A model generated the notes under the pieces. It worked only from the letters and a program-made list of their open reading frames with translations. It had not been told where the DNA came from and made no database searches. A stretch of 64,000 nucleotides of DNA from a candidate division WOR-3 bacterium (lineage in GTDB: Bacteria; Hydrothermota; Hydrothermia; JBDRYB01): the NCBI GenBank assembly GCA_039803205.1, contig JBDRYB010000005.1, positions 49,671-113,670 of the forward strand, read 5' to 3'. The position numbers and the translations under genes are program-made. Every line of letters starts with the position of its first letter. Position 1 is the stretch's first letter. Below, one piece after another: positions 58,737 to 64,000 of this stretch.

Positions 58737-58832
58737 GCTGATAATTATAAGTTGGGACTCTTCGTAGTTGCAAAGATCAGTAGGGCGTGCGTTATAATAT
58801 TCGCCTTGATGAGGTCTCTACGGAGGTTGAAT

Positions 58833-59918
58833 ATGAAGAAAGCACTGGCAGGACTCGCACTAGCAGCTGGCGTCGCCCTCGCGACCGAGGCAAGGGTTGA
58901 GGGCATGGGAGGCATATACGGGTATATCCTGGACGATGAGGCTCTGGTGATCCTCTCCAACCCAGCTTGGGCTGGCTACTTCACGGGGAGGAGCCTCCTG
59001 GAGCTCAACAGCCAGGATGTCTATCAGGCTGGAGGAGCCTACGGCGGCATTCTGTTCAACATGAGCTCCCTCGCGATGGGACTCTACCTCAACAACCCCA
59101 TATACGAGTATCCGCTGGCCACCGGAGACTACGATATGGCACACGGATTCACATTCGCTCTCGGCTCCACTGGCGAGGGAATGAAATGGGGCGTGAGGCT
59201 CGGGGCCGCGATGGAGCAGTATGGAGATACCAGCTACACCATCAAGGGAACCCAGGTCAAGCTCGCACCAGGCGTGCTTCTTCCCCTTGGCGATGCGACC
59301 ATTGACGCAGTCCTCATGGTTGACGCTGGCCTCCACTCCGACGACTCTCAGGGTGATAATAATGTCCTTGAGCCCATCTCACCCTTGGATCGTATAGCGC
59401 TCGGGGTTCGCTACATCGGCGCCGGAGACTTCAAGTGGATATACGGGCTGGGCGTCTACATGACAGACTACGGCACAAAGCAGGGCAACACAGAGGATGT
59501 TGATAAGACAATGGGCGGAGGCCTTAACATCGGCTTCAATACCAAACCCACCGAGAACAGCCTCATAGGCGGCGGACTTTCTCTCTCGGGCTTTCAGTGG
59601 AAGGATACCGACACCACTTCATCTCTGGGGGTAAGCCTCACAGCGAGCCTGGGCGGAGAGCTTGGCCTCAACGACTGGTTCATTCTCAGGGGCGGCCTCA
59701 ACCACTCTCCCTTGGTGATGTATAATGATGATCCAGACAAGGAAATAGGCGGCTCCGGGCTCGCGGTAAGCCTTGGCGCTGGCATAGCCAAAGGCCCTGT
59801 CCGCTTTGACGCGACTGTGAGCGAAGATCTCCTTTACAACTGGCCGTATTTCTTGACCGGCAACACCTCAAGCGCTGTTGGAAAGCTCGCCTTGCTCTAC
59901 CAGTTCAGAACCCAGTAG
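58833..59918 (+). CDS. Outer-membrane beta-barrel protein
   Basis: SD GGAGG, signal peptide, R..GMGG...NPA N-terminal motif, terminal Y.F. Confidence 0.65.
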   Translation: MKKALAGLALAAGVALATEARVEGMGGIYGYILDDEALVILSNPAWAGYFTGRSLLELNSQDVYQAGGAYGGILFNMSSLAMGLYLNNPIYEYPLATGDYDMAHGFTFALGSTGEGMKWGVRLGAAMEQYGDTSYTIKGTQVKLAPGVLLPLGDATIDAVLMVDAGLHSDDSQGDNNVLEPISPLDRIALGVRYIGAGDFKWIYGLGVYMTDYGTKQGNTEDVDKTMGGGLNIGFNTKPTENSLIGGGLSLSGFQWKDTDTTSSLGVSLTASLGGELGLNDWFILRGGLNHSPLVMYNDDPDKEIGGSGLAVSLGAGIAKGPVRFDATVSEDLLYNWPYFLTGNTSSAVGKLALLYQFRTQ

Positions 59919-59940
59919 CTTCAGAAACCCAGAAAAACAG

Positions 59941-59969
59941 GCCCCGGGGGAACCCGGGGCTTTCATTTT
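59941..59969 (+). terminator. Intrinsic terminator
   Basis: GCCCCGGG-ggaa-CCCGGGGC-TTTCATTTT. Confidence 0.8.
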
Positions 59970-60064
59970 GGAACCCTTGCAATAGAAGCCCTGCGTAGAG
60001 TTTCATACCTGAAGAGGTATACAAGGGTTGCCTCAAAGGGCCTGTTTCTCTTATAATATTAACC

Positions 60065-61450
60065 ATGAGATTCCCGGACAGCGTATTCAGGATGTATGAC
60101 ATAAGGGGCAGGGTCCCTGATGAGATAGACGAGGACTTCGCGCACAGGCTCGGCCTCGCTTTCGGCGCCTACCTGAGGGGCAAGGGGCTTTCCGGCTCCG
60201 TCGCCATAGGCAGAGACACGAGGCTTCATTCCCCAGCTCTCCAGTCTGCTTTGGCCGATGGGCTCATGAAGGCTGGCTACAACGCGATTGACCTCGGCAT
60301 GGTTCCAACCCCTCTGGTGTATTTCGCGCAGTTCCACCTTGATGTAGTCGGTGCCATACAGGTATCAGCGAGCCACAACCCGCCCGAGTTCAACGGGTTC
60401 AAGATCGGTGTTGGCCACGAGACCATATACGGGGAAGAGATACAGGTCCTCAAGGAGATAATGAAAGCAGAAGCCTGGGCTGGGCCGGGTGGGGGCCGAG
60501 AGGAGCACTATGACATCATATCCCCTTACTTGGATTGGATGAAGAGGAACATAAGGATCAAAAATCCGATCATCCTCGGGGTTGACCCGGGAAACGGCAC
60601 TGTCGGCCCTGTTATTGAGAAGCTTTATCCGCTTTTCCCGGTAGAATTCATTGGGATAAACATGGAACCCGACGGGAACTTCCCCGCGCACCTGCCTGAC
60701 CCGACCGTCGTGAAATACACCGAGCAACTCAGGGAGCTGGTTCTCAGAGAGAAGCTCCCCCTGGGGCTCGGTTTTGATGGGGATGGTGACCGTTTGGGTG
60801 TTTTGGACGAGAGGGGGAACCTGATTTTCGCGGACAAGATACTCGCTGTTTTCGCTGAGGAGATAATATCTGCTCAGCCCGGAGCGCAGATAGTCATGGA
60901 TGTTAAGTGCTCAGCCGGGGTAATGGAGTTCATAAACTCCATAGGAGGCCAGGCCATCCTTTCAAAGACGGGCCATTCGCTCATAAAGGCGAGGCTAAAG
61001 GAGCTGGGCGCGGCAATGGCTGGAGAGATGAGCGGCCACATGTTCTTCGCGGACAGGTTTTTCGGTTATGACGACGCGATATACGCCAGCATGAGGCTCT
61101 GCGAGATAATCTCCCGGACAGGGAAGAGCATATCCGAGCTCATAGCCCCCATACCGGTTTACTACTCAACCCCTGAGATAAGGGCAGAGGTATCCCCTGA
61201 GGAAAGGAAGTTCGCCATTGTTGAAGAGCTGGTGAGGTATTTCAAGTCCCAGGGCTACAATGTCATAGACATAGACGGGGTCAGATTGCAATTCCCGGAC
61301 GGGTTCGCTCTGGCCAGGGCATCCAACACCCAAGCAGTGATCGTCCTGCGCTTTGAGGGAAAGACCCCCGAGAGGCTTGAGGAGATAAAGGAGATAATGT
61401 ATAAAAAGCTCCGGGAATATCCAGAAGTGAGCATAAAGGAGGAGCAATGA
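60065..61450 (+). CDS. Phosphomannomutase/phosphoglucomutase
   Basis: FR.YDIRG, SASHNP, FDGDGDR, GEMSGH, RASNT. Confidence 0.95.
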   Translation: MRFPDSVFRMYDIRGRVPDEIDEDFAHRLGLAFGAYLRGKGLSGSVAIGRDTRLHSPALQSALADGLMKAGYNAIDLGMVPTPLVYFAQFHLDVVGAIQVSASHNPPEFNGFKIGVGHETIYGEEIQVLKEIMKAEAWAGPGGGREEHYDIISPYLDWMKRNIRIKNPIILGVDPGNGTVGPVIEKLYPLFPVEFIGINMEPDGNFPAHLPDPTVVKYTEQLRELVLREKLPLGLGFDGDGDRLGVLDERGNLIFADKILAVFAEEIISAQPGAQIVMDVKCSAGVMEFINSIGGQAILSKTGHSLIKARLKELGAAMAGEMSGHMFFADRFFGYDDAIYASMRLCEIISRTGKSISELIAPIPVYYSTPEIRAEVSPEERKFAIVEELVRYFKSQGYNVIDIDGVRLQFPDGFALARASNTQAVIVLRFEGKTPERLEEIKEIMYKKLREYPEVSIKEEQ

Positions 61451-62640
61451 TAGGCCAGAACAAAATCCCTTCAAGGCATGTTAGGAACATAAGCCCAGCG
61501 CCCTCAACCTTTGGCATGCTCGCTAAGGTTAAGGAGCTGGAGAGGCAGGGAAAACGCGTCATAGACATGGGAATAGGCGAGCCGGACATGGACACCCCTG
61601 AACCCATAAAGGAGGCCGCCATGAGGGCACTTCGGGAGGGGAAGACCCACTACTCTCCATCTGCGGGGATCCCGGAGCTCAGGGAGGCAATAGCGGAATA
61701 CGAGACAGAGCGAAAGGGGGTCCAGGTAACTCCAAAAGAGGTCTTGGTCATGCCAGGGGGCAAGCCCGTCCTTCTCTACATGCTCCTTGCTTTGGTTGAT
61801 GAAGGGGATGAGGTTATATACTTTGAGCCAGCCTGGGGCTCATACAAGGCCATGATCGAGATGATGCTGGCGAAACCCGTTCCCATCCAGACGAGCGAGG
61901 CTGAGGGCTGGAGGATAAACCCCTCTGAGCTTGCAAAAAGGATAAGCCCCAAAACGCGCATCGTCATAATAAACTCCCCGAACAACCCGACGAGCGCGGT
62001 CGTTTCCCTCCGAGAGCTTGAGGAAATAGCCGAGATAATCAGGGAGCACCCGAACCTTTTCGTGCTCTCGGATGAGGTCTACTCAACCTTGATCTACGAA
62101 GGCTCGCATCACCACAGCATTCTCTCCCTTCCTGGGATGAAGGAGAGGACGGTCCTCATGGAGTCCTTCAGCAAGGTATTCGCCATGACGGGATGGAGGC
62201 TCGGCTACGGTATATTCCCTGAGTTCATGATCAAGGATGTCATAAACCTGGTCTCAAACACCCTGAGCTGTGCAAATACCTTCGTCCAGTATGCTGGGGT
62301 GGTTGCTCTCAGGGAAGCCCTACATGAGATGGAGAGGCTCAGGGCTGTATTCCAGAAGAGGAGGGACCTCATAGTGAAACTGCTGAGAGAAATACCCGGA
62401 ATCACATTTGTTGAGCCTCGTGGGGCCTTCTATGCCCTTGTTAATATAAGAAAGACCGGAATGCGATCCGAGGAGTTCTCGGATTACCTTCTCTCCGAAT
62501 ATGGCGTAGCAACTGTTCCGGGCACATCCTTTGGCCCGGCTGGCGAAGGATACATAAGGTTTTCCTTTGCCACAGGAACGGAGAACATAGAGGAGGGCAT
62601 AACTAGGTTTGGGGAAGCGGTGAAGAGGCTCTCTGCCTGA
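61447..62640 (+). CDS. Class I PLP aminotransferase (aspartate aminotransferase-like)
   Basis: GEPD, NSPNNPT, SDEVY, SFSK.FAMTGWRLG. Confidence 0.93.
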   Translation: MIGQNKIPSRHVRNISPAPSTFGMLAKVKELERQGKRVIDMGIGEPDMDTPEPIKEAAMRALREGKTHYSPSAGIPELREAIAEYETERKGVQVTPKEVLVMPGGKPVLLYMLLALVDEGDEVIYFEPAWGSYKAMIEMMLAKPVPIQTSEAEGWRINPSELAKRISPKTRIVIINSPNNPTSAVVSLRELEEIAEIIREHPNLFVLSDEVYSTLIYEGSHHHSILSLPGMKERTVLMESFSKVFAMTGWRLGYGIFPEFMIKDVINLVSNTLSCANTFVQYAGVVALREALHEMERLRAVFQKRRDLIVKLLREIPGITFVEPRGAFYALVNIRKTGMRSEEFSDYLLSEYGVATVPGTSFGPAGEGYIRFSFATGTENIEEGITRFGEAVKRLSA

Positions 62641-62855
62641 ATTTACCTGAGAGCGCGGCTTGTTCCACCCCCGGAAACTCAGGGCGCACACTATTGGGGG
62701 TGGTGAAAGAGATGAATCTGAGAATCACCCGGCTCGCTCTCAGGACCCCGCCCATCATCGCAGATCTAGCTGGTTCCGGGCAACGCTCTCTCTCATCCCC
62801 ATGGTTTCTCTCCTCCGAGCTCTCCCCCGTCTTTTGGGGAGAAGGGGACATCTTA

Positions 62856-63395
62856 ATGATTGATGGTTCATACAGAGACCCCATACGCGGTTATAGGTTT
62901 AAGGGGATGCTTCGTTCATCAGCAGTTGACATCAACGATTACGGAATACTAAACGAGTATAGGCGCACAAGCACACCGTTCAGGTTTTACCCCTGGGGCA
63001 CTGATAGACCCTACTGGGAGGTCTACATCCCTGGTTCGCTTTATCGGTTTGCCAAGGATACCCCCTATACCATGCCAGCAGAATTTGAACTGCTCGGAAC
63101 AAAGATAATCTCAGTTGAGGAAAGCAAGGAGCTGGCAATAATCCTTGACCCTGAGGTGAGCTACACCGAGGGAGAAGCACCCGGCTCTTGGAACATAACT
63201 GCGACCTGGCTCCCTATGATAACCGAGGGGAGGATAACGGTTATCGTTGAGGATGAAGGGGAGAATACCGATTCAGCTGAAGGACCTCTATACTATGGAA
63301 GCCTCAGGTTCACGACCACGAACATAACCCAACCGCCAGTAAAGGCAATTTTTACCCATAACTTATCACCATACCAAAAGGAGATAAAGCTATGA
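62856..63395 (+). CDS. Hypothetical phage-like protein
   Basis: SD-like AAGGGG before ATG 62856; beta-rich; ATGA overlap with next gene. Confidence 0.45.
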   Translation: MIDGSYRDPIRGYRFKGMLRSSAVDINDYGILNEYRRTSTPFRFYPWGTDRPYWEVYIPGSLYRFAKDTPYTMPAEFELLGTKIISVEESKELAIILDPEVSYTEGEAPGSWNITATWLPMITEGRITVIVEDEGENTDSAEGPLYYGSLRFTTTNITQPPVKAIFTHNLSPYQKEIKL

Positions 63396-63781
63396 GCTGT
63401 TGCGATAAAAAGAGGATACTCAAACTCCTCAGGGGTCAGAAGGCTCTTCCCATATACATAACCCTTGAGGGCTTGGGAGACTGGGACTTGACAAACCCCC
63501 CGTCCGGCAAAGAGTTTGTGATAACCATAAGAGCCGAGAGGATGGGAGGAGGGGGGATGTCCATAAACGGCTCAGTCGCCAATTCAAACACGGTCAGCTT
63601 CAACCTAAACGCATACGAGGCAGGCGATCTCTTCTACGATTATCCTGGGGTCTATGGTTTCTATGTGGAGGTGGCTCTCTGGGATGTCCCTCACGGAGAA
63701 GACCCGGATGAGGTAAGGGTCTTTGACACGGATACATGCATAGAGATATACGAGAAACCAACCTGTCCACCACCATGTTAA
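63392..63781 (+). CDS. Phage-like protein (BppU N-terminal/Ig-like, tentative)
   Basis: SD AAGGAG; V.F.L....DL...PG.Y...VEV pattern; context. Confidence 0.45.
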   Translation: MSCCDKKRILKLLRGQKALPIYITLEGLGDWDLTNPPSGKEFVITIRAERMGGGGMSINGSVANSNTVSFNLNAYEAGDLFYDYPGVYGFYVEVALWDVPHGEDPDEVRVFDTDTCIEIYEKPTCPPPC

Positions 63782-63792
63782 GAGGAGGAAAG

Positions 63793-63996
63793 ATGAGCAA
63801 AGAAGAAGTGACTGAGATACTTGAGCGCTTAGCCCGGATTGAGGCTAAGCTTGAGAATGGGCTCTGCCAGGATATAGAAGACCACGAGAAGCGCCTGAGG
63901 GTCTTGGAGAGAGCATACTGGGGAGCGGTTGGAGTGATAACCTTCCTTCAGATAACTCAGATAGTCCTCAATATAATAAAGTTCTGGTGGAGGTGA
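63793..63996 (+). CDS. XhlA/holin-like phage membrane protein
   Basis: SD GAGGAGG; ERLARIEAKL...DHEKRLRVLE coiled coil plus C-terminal TM. Confidence 0.65.
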   Translation: MSKEEVTEILERLARIEAKLENGLCQDIEDHEKRLRVLERAYWGAVGVITFLQITQIVLNIIKFWWR

Positions 63997-64000
63997 GATA

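Noticed and set aside
59973..60029. Small stem-loop cluster (AACCCTTG/CAAGGGTT) before the PGM promoter
   Set aside because: Short stems, no family signature; too weak to call an ncRNA.
62696..62744. TPP or glycine riboswitch (CTGAGA...ACCC; CTCTCAGG)
   Set aside because: Other required motifs are absent, and CTCTCAGG is explained by the outer stem.
63682..63696. GGATGTCCCTCA match between spacer 7 and a phage-like gene
   Set aside because: About 14/15 nt with unmatched flanks; expected by chance in 64 kb.

Overview
Chromosomal window from a diderm, probably anaerobic or thermophilic bacterium. Four secreted proteins with T9SS-like C-terminal sorting domains, a bifunctional FBP aldolase/phosphatase and HprK suggest an FCB-adjacent lineage such as WOR-3 (inference only). 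2.4-14.0 kb holds a type I-A-like CRISPR-Cas locus: cas6, split cas3'/cas3'', cas8a, cas7, cas5, cas4-cas1, cas2 and 43 identical 37-bp repeats. The locus has two unusual features. A Cas11/Csa5-like ORF is hidden in frame inside cas8 behind a perfect RBS. The Cas4-Cas1 fusion lacks the Cas4 C-terminal Fe-S cysteines and the Cas1 N-terminus. Other accessory items are a DNA methyltransferase fused to a degenerate SNase domain, an ABC/AAA ATPase + PIN two-gene module, a decayed integrative element (~44.9-48.5 kb) and phage-like genes at the right edge. The rest is housekeeping and envelope genes (miaA, hprK, hpf, pyrE, rsfS, argS, cinA, ileS, glycosyltransferases, tRNA-Arg). About 13 genes show a leaderless TAnnnT-N6/7-start layout, one with a probable CTG start. 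A stand-alone degenerate MutL C-terminal domain precedes miaA. All calls are from motif reading; no database searches were run.
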